A DNA stretch of 64,000 nt. Origin: an uncultured Chloroflexia bacterium (lineage in GTDB: Bacteria; Chloroflexota; Dehalococcoidia; UBA2979). Location of the stretch: positions 128,001 through 192,000 of the forward strand of contig CAVSIV010000002.1 of the NCBI GenBank assembly GCA_963728205.1. The letters are read 5' to 3'. Under the pieces are notes generated by a model. That model saw only the letters and a program-made list of their open reading frames with translations, ran no database searches and was not told the origin of the DNA. Made by a program: the position numbers and the translations under genes. Of this stretch, positions 38,559-53,278 are shown piece after piece (position 1 is the first letter of the stretch; each line of letters opens with the position of its first letter).

Positions 38559-40450
38559 GGCGTCGCTGCTCGGGCGACCGGCGGCTGCGGGCGCGTCGCG
38601 AAGTACGCCTGGAATATCTGCCGCGCGACCGGAGCGGCGTCGACGCCACCGATCCCGTGTTCGAGGTAGACCGCGACCGCGATCTGAGGGTTGTCGAACG
38701 GGGCGAACCCGATGTACCAGGCGTGCGTGGGGAAGACGCCGTCGGGATTCCGATCGCCGAACTCCGCCGTCCCCGTCTTGCCGCCGATGTCGATCCCGAC
38801 CGGCTTGCCCAGCGCCGCCGTGTTGCCGTCCGACGCGGCGAGATGCATGCCGTCGCGCACCGTCTGGAGGTGCTCCGGGGAGACCGGCAGGCGCCGCTTC
38901 ACCTGCGCGGGGACGAGGTTGAGATAGCCGTCGTCCTCGATCCCGCGCACGACGTGTGGAACGAGCACGTCGCCACCGTTGGCGATGGCCGCGGCGAGCA
39001 CCCCCATCTGGAGCGGCGTCGCCGTGAGATAGCCCTGGCCGATGCCGTAGGTATACGTGTCACCGAGGTACCACGGATCCCCGACCGCGCGCTGCTTCCA
39101 GGCGGGATCGGGGACGAGGCCGTCGGTCTCGCCGGGCAAGTCGACCCCGGTGGGCGAGCCGAGGCCCGCGGCCCGGGCATACTCGGCGATGCGATCGGGG
39201 CCGAGGCCGGTGAAGAGTTGCTTTCCGCGCTCCGTGTAACCGCCCGCCAGGTAATAGAAATACACGTCCGACGAGCGGGCGATGCCCTGCTCGAGGTTCA
39301 TCGTGCCGTTCACGGTCCAGTCGTGGAACGTGTACGTCACGCCGGGGTCATAGACGTCCTGGACCGTGATGGCGCCCGTGCTCGTGATCGTGGTGCCGGG
39401 AGTCGCGATCCCCTCCTGCAACGCGGCCGCCGCGACGAGCGGCTTGAAGGTGGAGCCCGGCGCGTGCGCCTCCATGTACGAGCGGTCGACGAGCGGCCGG
39501 GCCGGGTCCTGCAGTACCGACGAGATGGTCTGGGCGCTCGCCGCGCCATTGAAGAGGTTGGCGTCATACGAAGGCAGCGACACCATCGCGAGGACTTCGC
39601 CCGTGTGGACGTCGAGCACGACGGCGGCGCCGGCCGCCAGCGGGTGCACACCCTGGTCGGGTTCGCGCAGTCCGCCGTCGATGCCGGACTTCAGCGCGGT
39701 CGCGACGGACCGCTGCAGGCCCGAGTCGACCGCCAGCTCGACGTTGTCTCCGGGGCGTGCCGGCTCGTCGCCGAGCGTCGTCAGCTCGCGGCCGTCCGGC
39801 GTGGAGAGCACGAGCCGCCGGCCCGGCTGACCGCGCAGTACATCCTGGTAGACGTGCTCGATGCCGTCACGTCCGACACTGGCGTTCAGCGGGTACCCCT
39901 TCGCGAGGTACGCGGTGACCTCGCCGGGCTCGATTGCGCCGACGTAACCGAGGATGTGCGCGAAGAGTGGCCCGCCCGCGTAGGTGCGACCCGGTGTCGC
40001 CCGCACGTCGACGCCGGACAGGCCCGCGGTTGCGGCGCGCATCATGATCGCCTGGTCGCTCGAGAGCCCGTCGAGCAAGGTGACGGGCGCCAGCGGGTCG
40101 ACCGAGGCGAGCCCGCGCACCACGTCCGCATGCAGCTGCGGGAGGGGGATCCCGCTCGCGCTCGCCGCGGCGATCAGGGCCGTCGCCTGTGCGTGAGGGT
40201 CGGCCGGGAAGTCGCCGGGGATCGCGACGAGCGAGAACGCCGGCACGTTCCGTGCGAGCACGTTTCCGGCGCGGTCGGTGATCAGGCCGCGCGGCGCCTC
40301 GGTCTCGACGACGCGCGGTGCGGCGCCGGCGTCGAAGCCCGGCTCGACCGCGGGATCCAGCCATTGCACGCGGACGAGCTGCCCGGCGAGGACCAGGAAG
40401 CCAATGGCGGCGATCGCCTGCAGGCCGAGCAGGCGACGGCGCACGGTCAC
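38555..40450 (-). CDS. mrdA: Penicillin-binding protein 2
   Basis: APRGLITDR, PGSTFK (SxxK), SSDVYFY, GIGQG and GKTGTAE. Confidence 0.92.
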   Translation of the reverse strand: MTVRRRLLGLQAIAAIGFLVLAGQLVRVQWLDPAVEPGFDAGAAPRVVETEAPRGLITDRAGNVLARNVPAFSLVAIPGDFPADPHAQATALIAAASASGIPLPQLHADVVRGLASVDPLAPVTLLDGLSSDQAIMMRAATAGLSGVDVRATPGRTYAGGPLFAHILGYVGAIEPGEVTAYLAKGYPLNASVGRDGIEHVYQDVLRGQPGRRLVLSTPDGRELTTLGDEPARPGDNVELAVDSGLQRSVATALKSGIDGGLREPDQGVHPLAAGAAVVLDVHTGEVLAMVSLPSYDANLFNGAASAQTISSVLQDPARPLVDRSYMEAHAPGSTFKPLVAAAALQEGIATPGTTITSTGAITVQDVYDPGVTYTFHDWTVNGTMNLEQGIARSSDVYFYYLAGGYTERGKQLFTGLGPDRIAEYARAAGLGSPTGVDLPGETDGLVPDPAWKQRAVGDPWYLGDTYTYGIGQGYLTATPLQMGVLAAAIANGGDVLVPHVVRGIEDDGYLNLVPAQVKRRLPVSPEHLQTVRDGMHLAASDGNTAALGKPVGIDIGGKTGTAEFGDRNPDGVFPTHAWYIGFAPFDNPQIAVAVYLEHGIGGVDAAPVARQIFQAYFATRPQPPVARAATP

Positions 40451-40950
40451 TCGAACAGCCCTCGAGGACGCGGCCGCCACGGCCAGACCGCGAGCGCGAC
40501 GGCGGTGGCGAGCGCCGCCGTCAGCGCGGCCGCGAGGATCATCCCGCCCGGATCGCCGATGAGCGCGCGCGGCCGCCCGGCGGCGAGCGCGAGCAGCACG
40601 CTGTAGCAGGCGGCGCCACCCGCCCCGGCGAGCGCGGCGGCGAGCATGCGGCGCGCGGAGCTCCCCACCGGGTCGCGATCGATGCGACGTGTCGCGGCGG
40701 CGAGCGCCGCCGCCGGCCAGCACGCCAGCACGAAGACGCCGACCGGCGCCTGCGATACCGCCCCCATCACCACAGGCGCGAGAAGCAGCGCCGGCGCGGT
40801 CTCTCCCGGTGCGCGCACCGCCGCCCACCCCGCCACGAGCGCCACCGGCAAGAGCGGGATCGCGAGCGGGTCGAGCGTCAGGAGCGACAACGGACCAACC
40901 TGCACGAGGGCCGCGAGGATGCTCAGCACCGTGATGATCGCGAGGCTCAC
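40447..40950 (-). CDS. mreD: Rod shape-determining protein MreD (divergent)
   Basis: Multi-TM protein between mreC and mrdA with overlapping start/stop codons; called mainly on synteny. Confidence 0.7.
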   Translation of the reverse strand: MSLAIITVLSILAALVQVGPLSLLTLDPLAIPLLPVALVAGWAAVRAPGETAPALLLAPVVMGAVSQAPVGVFVLACWPAAALAAATRRIDRDPVGSSARRMLAAALAGAGGAACYSVLLALAAGRPRALIGDPGGMILAAALTAALATAVALAVWPWRPRPRGLFE

Positions 40951-41858
40951 GGCGTGCCGGTCCCGGTGCCGCCGTCGGGTGCGGTGCCGCCGTCGGTCGC
41001 GCTGCCGGTGCCGGGGTCGAGCTGCGTGCCCGGGACGAACCCGGTCATCACGAGGACCTGCTCCAGCCGCAGGAAGTCGGCCAGCGGCTCCACTCGGACC
41101 TGCTGGAAGAGGTCCGCGGGGCGCGAGTGCACGGCACTGACGCGTCCGATCAATAGTCCGCCCGGCAGCCGCCCGCCGAGCGCCGAGGTCAGCACGAGAT
41201 CGCCGCTCGTCACGGACGCGCCCTGCTGCACGAAGTCGAGCCGTAGCCCGTCGCCGGTCCCCGAGGCATCGCCGGGCGTGCGGGAAGACTGCACAAGCGC
41301 CGCGACGGATGAGCCCGGGTCGATCAGCAGCCGCACCCGCGCGCGATGCGGTCCGACGTCGACGATGACCCCGGCGAGCGTCGCGCCTGAGGACAACACC
41401 GGCTGGCCGACGCGCACACCGTCGGTGCTGCCGCGGTTCAGCAGGGCGGTCTCACGCCCGGGCGCGGGGTCGCGGAGCACGACCGATGCAGTCAGGAAGT
41501 CCGCCGTGTCGGGCCCCACGGCGTCGAGCAGGGCCGACGCCTGCTGCGCCGCGGTCTGCTGCTCCCGCAGCGTGGCGAGATCCGCCTCCATGCGACCGAC
41601 TTCCTTGCGGAGATCGGCGTTCTCCGCGCTGAGCGCACGGATCTGCCCTGCGCGCAGCAGCACGTCGGCAGCGGGCCGGCTGGCGTCCCGCAGCCCGCCG
41701 GCGAGCGGGCCGACCACCGCCGCTGCGCGCGCCTCGATGCCGTCGGTGACGTGGAACGGCGAGAGGATCACGAGCGCGATGCCCGCGACGAGGACCGCCA
41801 TGAGCCACGCGGCGCTGTCCCCCCGCGGGAAGGACCGGCCACGCTCACCGAGTCGCAC
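40947..41858 (-). CDS. mreC: Rod shape-determining protein MreC
   Basis: TM plus coiled coil, NRGS.DGV..GQPV and GDLVLTS.LGG..P.GLLIG.V. Confidence 0.9.
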   Translation of the reverse strand: MRLGERGRSFPRGDSAAWLMAVLVAGIALVILSPFHVTDGIEARAAAVVGPLAGGLRDASRPAADVLLRAGQIRALSAENADLRKEVGRMEADLATLREQQTAAQQASALLDAVGPDTADFLTASVVLRDPAPGRETALLNRGSTDGVRVGQPVLSSGATLAGVIVDVGPHRARVRLLIDPGSSVAALVQSSRTPGDASGTGDGLRLDFVQQGASVTSGDLVLTSALGGRLPGGLLIGRVSAVHSRPADLFQQVRVEPLADFLRLEQVLVMTGFVPGTQLDPGTGSATDGGTAPDGGTGTGTP

Positions 41859-41872
41859 GCTGGCGCGTCAGC

Positions 41873-42934
41873 TCATCGGGGAGCGCGGCGCGCGGTGATG
41901 GCCGATTGCACCCTCTGGAGCGTCTCCGCCTCCTCGAGGGCCTCGCCGCAGCCGCGTACGACGGTGCGCAGCGGGTCGTCTGTGACGTAGACGGGGAACC
42001 GCGTCTCCGTGGCCACGCGCCGGTCCAGGCCGCGCAGCAGCGAGCCGCCGCCCGTCATCGCGATCCCGTGCAGCATGAGATCGGCGACGAGCTCCGGCGG
42101 CGTGGTCTCGATGGTGGCGCGGACCGTGCGGACAATCTCGTTGGTGACCGGCGAGAGCGCGTCGCGCAACTCGACGGTGGAGACCTCCACCGACTTCGGC
42201 AGGCCCGTCGCAAGGTCGCGGCCACGCAGGTCGATCGTCGCCTCCTCGTCGAGCGCGTAGGCCGAGCCGGCCTCAATCTTCACCTGTTCGGCGGTGCGCT
42301 CGCCGATCAGCATGTTGTGGACCTGGCGGGCGTAGTCGACGATTGCGAGGTCCATCGCGTCGCCGGCGGCGCGGACCGACATGGAGCGGACGATGCCGCC
42401 CAGCGCGATCACGGCGACCTCCGTGGTGCCGCCGCCGATGTCGACGATCATCGACCCGGCCGCGTTCATCACGGGCAACCCCGACCCGATCGCCGCCGCC
42501 ATCGGCTCCTCGATCAGGTAGGCGGCGCGCGCGCCGGCGGCGACCGATGCGTCGTGGACCGCGCGCTTCTCCACCTCGGTGGCGCCGGACGGGATGCCGA
42601 CGACGACGCGCGGCTTCGGGATGCCGAGGCCGAAGCGCTCATGCACCGAGCGGATGAAGTACTGCAGCATCTTCTCGGTGACGGCGAAGTCCGAGATCAC
42701 GCCGTCGCGCAGGGGGCGCACGGCGACGATCGTCGACGGCGTGCGCCCGACCATGCGCTTGGCCTCCGCGCCGATGGCGAGGATGCGCTTGGTGGTCTTG
42801 TCGATCGCGACGACGGACGGCTCGTCGATCACGATGCCGCGCCCGCGCACGCTCACGAGCGTGTTGGCGGTCCCGAGATCGATGCCGATGTCATGGGAAA
42901 ACATCCCCAGGAATGAGGAGAGCGGATTAATCAC
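41873..42934 (-). CDS. mreB: Rod shape-determining protein MreB
   Basis: IGIDLGTANT, EPSVVA, IEEPMAAAIG, DIGGGTTEVA and TGGGSLL. Confidence 0.96.
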   Translation of the reverse strand: MINPLSSFLGMFSHDIGIDLGTANTLVSVRGRGIVIDEPSVVAIDKTTKRILAIGAEAKRMVGRTPSTIVAVRPLRDGVISDFAVTEKMLQYFIRSVHERFGLGIPKPRVVVGIPSGATEVEKRAVHDASVAAGARAAYLIEEPMAAAIGSGLPVMNAAGSMIVDIGGGTTEVAVIALGGIVRSMSVRAAGDAMDLAIVDYARQVHNMLIGERTAEQVKIEAGSAYALDEEATIDLRGRDLATGLPKSVEVSTVELRDALSPVTNEIVRTVRATIETTPPELVADLMLHGIAMTGGGSLLRGLDRRVATETRFPVYVTDDPLRTVVRGCGEALEEAETLQRVQSAITARRAPR

Positions 42935-43069
42935 GTGAGCGATGAGCCCGTCTTGGGGAGACGATCGCTGGCTAGCCCTGGGGAGACTGGCTGGCGGCAG
43001 TATAGGGACGGCGGGACCGGCGCGACAAGGCACAGCGAGCGCGACGTGCGGCGTGCGCCCCGCCGCCCG

Positions 43070-47830
<4,761 letters not shown>

Positions 47831-47874
47831 CCCGGACGGTCGCCCCGAGCGGCCTCTCATCGGATACTGGTTTC

Positions 47875-48670
47875 ATGCTCACCAAGCGCATCATCCCGTG
47901 CTTCGACGTCGACAACGGACGCGTCGTGAAGGGCGTCTCGTTCGTCGAGCTGCGCGACGCCGGCGACCCGGTGGAGCTGGCGCGGCGCTACGACGCGGCC
48001 GGCGCCGACGAGCTCGTGTTCCTCGACATCACGGCCTCTTCGGAAGCGCGGCAGAGCGTCTACGATCTGGTGGCGCGGACGGCCGACCAGATCTTCATCC
48101 CGCTCACGGTCGGCGGGGGCATCCGCACGACCGACGACATGCGCCTGATGCTCGAGATGGGCGCCGACAAGGACGTCGGTCAACACGGCCGCCGTGCAGC
48201 GGCCGGAATTAGTCTCGGAGGGCGCGCACCGCTTCGGGGCCCAGTGCATCGTCGTCGCGATCGACGCGAAGCGGTCGGGGCCGGAGTCGTGGGAGGTCTA
48301 CACCCACGGCGGGCGGACGCCTGCCGGGCGCGACGCGGTCGCGTGGGCGCGCGAGGCGGCGGAGCGTGGCGCGGGCGAGCTGCTCGTGACGTCGATGGAC
48401 ACCGACGGACACCAGCGCGGCTACGACATCGCGCTGCTGCGCGCGATCAGCGATGCGGTCGAGGTGCCGGTGGTCGCGTCGGGCGGCGCGGGCGAGCCCG
48501 CGCACCTCTATGAGGCGCTCACCGAGGGCGGCGCCGACGCCGTGCTCGCGGCCTCGATCTTCCACTTCGGCACGTATACGGTGGCGGACCTCAAGGAGTA
48601 CCTCGCGGCGCGCGGCGTGCCGGTGCGACCGGTGTCCGCCCCCGCGGAGGAAGCGCAGGTGCAGGCATGA
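47875..48670 (+). CDS. hisF: IGP synthase cyclase subunit; frameshift near 48171
   Basis: [24 protein letters not shown]; removing one G gives [12 protein letters not shown] and continues to ASGGAG...LAASIFH. Confidence 0.95.
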
Positions 48671-49053
48671 GCGACCAGGCGACGACGGCGGGCGAGGTGC
48701 GGATCGACCCCGCGGCGCTGAAGTACGACGACCGCGGGCTGATCCCGGCGATCGTGCAGGACGCCGGCACCCATGAGGTCATCATGCTCGGCTGGATGAA
48801 CGAGGCGACGCTGCGCCAGACGATCGAGATCGGCCAGGCGGTCTTCTGGTCGCGCTCTCGCCAGGAGGTCTGGCACAAGGGCGCCACCTCCGGCGACTTC
48901 GTGAACGTGCGCGGTATCACGACCGACTGCGACCGTGACGTGGTCCTGCTCCAGGCGGAGCTCGTCGGCGGGGGCATCTGCCACACCGGTGCGCACTCCT
49001 GCTTCGTCGCGGCCGATGACGAGACGCCGCAGGTCGTCACGCTCGACGCCTGA
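48667..49053 (+). CDS. hisI: Phosphoribosyl-AMP cyclohydrolase
   Basis: [19 protein letters not shown] and CHTGAHSCF. Confidence 0.95.
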   Translation: MSDQATTAGEVRIDPAALKYDDRGLIPAIVQDAGTHEVIMLGWMNEATLRQTIEIGQAVFWSRSRQEVWHKGATSGDFVNVRGITTDCDRDVVLLQAELVGGGICHTGAHSCFVAADDETPQVVTLDA

Positions 49054-49068
49054 CGGCCGGCGCCACCC

Positions 49069-49775
49069 ATGCTCCCCGCCGAGGTCGTGCTGCCGCTCCG
49101 CGTCAGCCACGTGGTGTTCGACGTCGACGGCACGCTCGTCGACTTCGACGCCGCCCTGCGCGTCGCGCTCGACGCCGTGGCGGCGCGTGCTGCGGCGTTC
49201 GCCGGTGCACCGATCGCGCGCGAGTCCCTGCTGGCAGCGCGCGAGACGGTGCGCGTCGAGGCGGCCGCGGGCGGCGTCGCGCGCACGCTGCGCGAGATCC
49301 GCGACGAGTCGTTCCGCGGGTGCTGCGGAGCGCGGGCGTCTCGAGCGACGCCGCTGCCGCGGACCTGAGCCTCCTCCACTACGAAACGCGCGACGCCGCG
49401 TTGCGCGCCTTCGCCGACGTGGAGGATGCGTTGCTGCGGCTCGAGGCGCGCGGCTTCACGTTGATCGCGGCGAGCAACGGGAACGCAGCCCTGGACCGCC
49501 TGCCGATTGTCGCGCGGTTCGCGCACCGCCACTTCGCCGAGGTCGCCGGCATGTCGAAGCCGGACCCGCGCTTCTTCGCGCTCGCGCTGGAGGCGACCGG
49601 CGGGCAGCCGGAGACGGCGGTGTCGGTCGGCGATCGGCTCGAGAACGACTACCTGCCGGCGCGATCGCTCGGGATGCACGCGGTGCTGGTCGACCGCGCC
49701 GGAACTGCCGAGGCGCGCGGCGTGCTGCGGATCGCGTCGCTCGCGGAGCTGCCGGGGATGCTCGAGCCGGTCTAG
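49069..49775 (+). CDS. HAD family hydrolase; frameshift near 49318
   Basis: FDVDGTL in the first frame; ASNG, KPDP and VGD..ENDY in the second frame. Confidence 0.85.
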
Positions 49776-49813
49776 CCCGCGGCGCGCGGGGCGAGCCCTG
49801 CACGCGCCGCGGG

Positions 49814-50431
49814 TCAGCGCGTGACGAAGTGCTTCGCGAGGTCGGGCTCCGGGCGGTCAAACGGGACATAATCCGCAGCGGGGTGACCGAGCGCGATCAG
49901 TGCCTGCGGCTCCCAGGCGGGGTCGAGCGCGAGGGCCCCGCGCGCCGCTTCGCCGGCGTAGAGGGGGGCCGAGATCCAGAACGCGCCCAGCCCGCGCGCC
50001 GCCGCCGCCAGCAGGATGTTCTGCATGGCCGCGCCGAACGAGTGCTGCGCGAGGCCCCACTCGGCGCGCGCGCGACGCTCGTCGGCGTAGGTGCGCAGGC
50101 CGTCGGCGACGAGGCAGCCGAGCAGCAGCGTCGGCGCGCCCTCCACCTGTCGACGTGAGCGGGTCAGCGCGCGCTCCTGCTGCGCGGCGGGGACGCCGTC
50201 GCGCTCGAGGTCGGCCCGCCAGGCGGCGCCCATCGCGTCGGCGAGGGCGGCGCGGCGCGCGGGGGACACCGCCACGAACCGCCACGGCTGCGTGTGATGC
50301 GGCGCGGGCGCGGTCACCGCGAGCGCGACCAGCGCGCGCACGTCGGCATCCGACAGGGGCGCGCCCTCGAGGCCGCGGATCGACCGGCGCGCGCGGATGG
50401 CGTCGTCGACGAGGCGGGCGTGGTCGTTCAT
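49814..50431 (-). CDS. Nitroreductase family protein (FbiB C-terminal / FbiE-like)
   Basis: RRSIR, APAPHHTQPWRF, GAAMQNILLAA...GLG..W and the AW..DL..DG insert seen in the FbiB C-domain. Confidence 0.85.
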   Translation of the reverse strand: MNDHARLVDDAIRARRSIRGLEGAPLSDADVRALVALAVTAPAPHHTQPWRFVAVSPARRAALADAMGAAWRADLERDGVPAAQQERALTRSRRQVEGAPTLLLGCLVADGLRTYADERRARAEWGLAQHSFGAAMQNILLAAAARGLGAFWISAPLYAGEAARGALALDPAWEPQALIALGHPAADYVPFDRPEPDLAKHFVTR

Positions 50432-51121
50432 CGGGCCCCCTGCGCCGCCGCGTGCCACGCGGCGGGCAGGTGCGCGAACACCTTGCGGGTCGCGGGGCCG
50501 ACGCGATCTCGCACCGCCATGAGGTCGGCCGGCGTGTCGATGTCGACGGCGAGCGACGGCGGGTGGAGCTCGTGCAGCGGCAGGCCGGCCGCGCGCGCGG
50601 CGTCGCGATGCGCGGCGGCGGAGCCGGGGCCGAAGGCCGGCGCGAGCGCGCCGGGTGGCCGCAGCCCGAGCGCAGACGTCCCGCCGTCGGCGGACGGGAC
50701 GAGCACGGCGCCGGCGGTGCTGTCCGCCGCCGCGTCGCGGGACAGCGCGGCGAGGACGTCCGCGACGTCGTCGCCGCGGAGCTGCGGGAGATTCGGCGGG
50801 CAGTACGAGCACAGAGCCCGCCTGCGCGAGCGCCGGTCCCGCCAGCGCGGAGCGGACGGCAGCGTTGAAGCCGTCACCGTCGTCGACGACGAGGCGCGCG
50901 CTGTGCCGCTCGGCGATCGACCCGTAGTCGGGATCCGGGGTCACGACGTAGAGCGGGCCGGCGTGGCCCGCGCGTGCGGCGGCGAGCACATCGTCGAGCA
51001 TCGCGCGGACGAGGTCGCGTCGCAGCGCGAGCGGCAGGGCGCCCGCGAGACGGCTCTTCGCCTGGTCCGCGCGGCGCACGGCGACGAGGATCGCGGTCTC
51101 GGGCGAGGAGGCGTGCGTCAC
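50428..51121 (-). CDS. cofC: 2-phospholactate/PEP guanylyltransferase CofC/FbiD; frameshift near 50792
   Basis: AKSRL, AMLDDVL, LPADLP (after removing one base), DGGTSAL, FGPGS...H and DIDTPADL. Confidence 0.88.
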
Positions 51122-52068
51122 GGACGGGTCGCGGGCGCGGCGAGCGCGGCCGCTGCATCGAGCACGGCGGCGGCGACGCGCCGCCGGCCGTCATGGCCGC
51201 GCATCATCGTGTCGCACACGGCGGCGCGCATGCCGAGCGCCTCGACGGCCGGCGCGAGCGGCGCGTCCACCGCGTCGAGGACGAACAGGTCGACGAGCCC
51301 GGCGTAGAGGCGCGCGACGCCGAGCGCGGAGACCTCGTGGCCGAGCGAGCGCAGCATGGCGGCGGCGGGCCCCTTGATCGCCTCGCCGCCGACGATCGGC
51401 GACACGGCGACGCGCCGGGCATGCGAGGCCGCAAGCGCGTCGCGCACGCCGGCGACCTCCCATAGCGGGCCGATCGAGACGAACGGGTTGCTCGGGGCGA
51501 TCACGACGAGGTCCGCGATTGCGAGCGCCTCGAGGACGCCGGGGGCCGGTCGCGCCGCCGCGGCGCCGGGGAAGCGGAAGCCGAGGACTTGGTCCTGCGC
51601 GCGCCGGCGCACGAAGTACTCCTGGAAGGGGAGCTCGCCGTCCGGTGTGCGCACGATCGTGGGGTGCGGGTCGTTCGTCACCGGGAGCACATGGCTGCGC
51701 ACGCCAAGCCCCGTCGCGACGGCCGCGGTGGCCTCGGCGAGGGTGCGGCCGGTGCCGAGCAGCGCACTGCGGCGGAGATGCGTGGCGAGGTCGCGGTCGC
51801 CGATGCGGAACCAGGCGTCGCCGCCGAGGGCGCCCAGCGCGTCGAGCGCGTGGGTCGTGTCGCCGCGGATGCCCCAGCCCTCGTCGCCTTCGACGCCGGC
51901 GAGCGTGTAGAGGACGGTGTCGATGTCCGGGGAGACGTGGAGGCCGTGCCACGCGAGGTCGTCGCCGACGTTGCACACGGCGGTGATGTCGGCCGGGTCG
52001 ACGCACGCGGCGAGTCCCGCGAGGAATCGCGCGGCGCCGACGCCTCCGGCCAGGACGGTGATCCGCAC
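51118..52068 (-). CDS. cofD: 2-phospho-L-lactate transferase CofD/FbiA
   Basis: LAGGVGAARFL, NVGDD, SPDIDT, WFRIGDRD, FQEYFV, PSNPFVSI and KGPA. Confidence 0.95.
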   Translation of the reverse strand: MRITVLAGGVGAARFLAGLAACVDPADITAVCNVGDDLAWHGLHVSPDIDTVLYTLAGVEGDEGWGIRGDTTHALDALGALGGDAWFRIGDRDLATHLRRSALLGTGRTLAEATAAVATGLGVRSHVLPVTNDPHPTIVRTPDGELPFQEYFVRRRAQDQVLGFRFPGAAAARPAPGVLEALAIADLVVIAPSNPFVSIGPLWEVAGVRDALAASHARRVAVSPIVGGEAIKGPAAAMLRSLGHEVSALGVARLYAGLVDLFVLDAVDAPLAPAVEALGMRAAVCDTMMRGHDGRRRVAAAVLDAAAALAAPATRP

Positions 52069-52154
52069 GTTCCCCCCCGCAACCCGCGGCACAGCCAGGT
52101 ACGCAACGATCCTACAGGCTCGGGGGCTACGCGGCGCGAACGCCCGCGCGGACG

Positions 52155-52646
52155 TCAGCCGGCGACGGACTCGCTCCCGATCGCGTAGCCGCCCTCCATC
52201 GCCGGCTCGCGGCCCTCGATCTGTGCGAGCAGCACCGCCGCCGGCGCGAAGCCGCGGTTGATGGTGACGAGGGCACCGGCACGATCGTAGACGGCCGTCG
52301 TGGGGACGGAGAGCACGCCGTATTCGCTCGCGAGGGCGGGCTCGGCGACGGCGTCGTAGCGCTCGAGGCGCAACTCGGGGACGTGGTGGCGCAGGCGCTC
52401 GAGGGCCGGCTCCTGCTGGGCGCGGCAGACGACGCAGGTCTGCGTGGTGAAGTACACGATGCGGGGCGGGGCGGCCGGGGTGATTCCCGCTTCCGCGACG
52501 GTGTCGGCACGCGGCATGCCGGCTGCGTGCGCGCGGAGGCGGGCGAGGATGCGGGCGTCGCGACGGCGCACCCAGGCCCGCACACCCTGAAGGGCCAGCA
52601 TGATGACGCCGATGATGGCGACCGCGACGAGGAGGCGAACGATCAT
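52155..52646 (-). CDS. Membrane-anchored thioredoxin family protein (CVVC)
   Basis: N-terminal TM, FTTQTCVVCR and cis-Pro motif LSVPT; overlaps the DUF4395 stop. Confidence 0.85.
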   Translation of the reverse strand: MIVRLLVAVAIIGVIMLALQGVRAWVRRRDARILARLRAHAAGMPRADTVAEAGITPAAPPRIVYFTTQTCVVCRAQQEPALERLRHHVPELRLERYDAVAEPALASEYGVLSVPTTAVYDRAGALVTINRGFAPAAVLLAQIEGREPAMEGGYAIGSESVAG

Positions 52647-53113
52647 CGCGCGGCGCGACTCGCGGCGATGGATCGCGGCAGCATGCCGACGCGGTCGAGC
52701 TGGTAGTAGAGAAAGCATCCTGCGCAGAACTGCACGGTCAGGTTGACGAAGGCGAGCGCCGTGACGATCCAGCTCAGGATCCAGCCGACGAGCGTCGCTC
52801 CGCCGATGAGCGCCACGAAGGCGAGCAGCAGGAAGACCGAGCCGAACGCCTGGGCGAACTGGTGGGGCATCGGATCTTCGGCGCGGACGTCCGAACCGAG
52901 GATCCCGGCCGGCTTGAGGACGCGTCGGTGCACCTGCTTGAAGAGTGCGAATGCCGGGTGCAGCGTGCCGAGCGCCATCACGAGGCCGGTGAACAACACG
53001 ATCCATTGCCCGGCGGGGAGACCGACCACGAACGCGAGCACGGTGAGCAGGACGATGCACGCCTGATTCGTACGCAGGGTGTTGCGATCCACCCGGAGAT
53101 TTGGCGATGTCAT
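52643..53113 (-). CDS. DUF4395 membrane protein
   Basis: VD....R.NQ, P.QFAQ..G and FCAGCFLY. Confidence 0.85.
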   Translation of the reverse strand: MTSPNLRVDRNTLRTNQACIVLLTVLAFVVGLPAGQWIVLFTGLVMALGTLHPAFALFKQVHRRVLKPAGILGSDVRAEDPMPHQFAQAFGSVFLLLAFVALIGGATLVGWILSWIVTALAFVNLTVQFCAGCFLYYQLDRVGMLPRSIAASRAAR

Positions 53114-53145
53114 GACGGCAGACCCCCGCTCCGCGGTCTCCTGAT

Positions 53146-53170
53146 GTAGTCGAGTAACTTAGTCATGATT
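53146..53170 (-). promoter_or_regulatory. Putative Rrf2-family (IscR type-1-like) operator overlapping a TACAAT -10 box
   Basis: Minus strand AATCATGACTAAGTTACTCGACTAC, an AT-rich GACT-N5-ACTC dyad in a GC-rich background. Confidence 0.5.
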
Positions 53171-53278
53171 GTATACCGGGAGCGACTCGTGATCACGCGG
53201 GTGGGAGCGGTGAGTGGGGGAGGTGCGATTGGGCAGCGGAGCGCGCTGACCCGGGGCCGTTCGCCGTGAGAGGGCCTG

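Noticed and set aside
49814-51121. Apparent CofC-nitroreductase fusion (435 aa ORF)
   Set aside because: Artefact of a one-base insertion near 50792. The true CofC C-terminus is in the 50428-50877 frame, and the nitroreductase has its own ATG at 50431.
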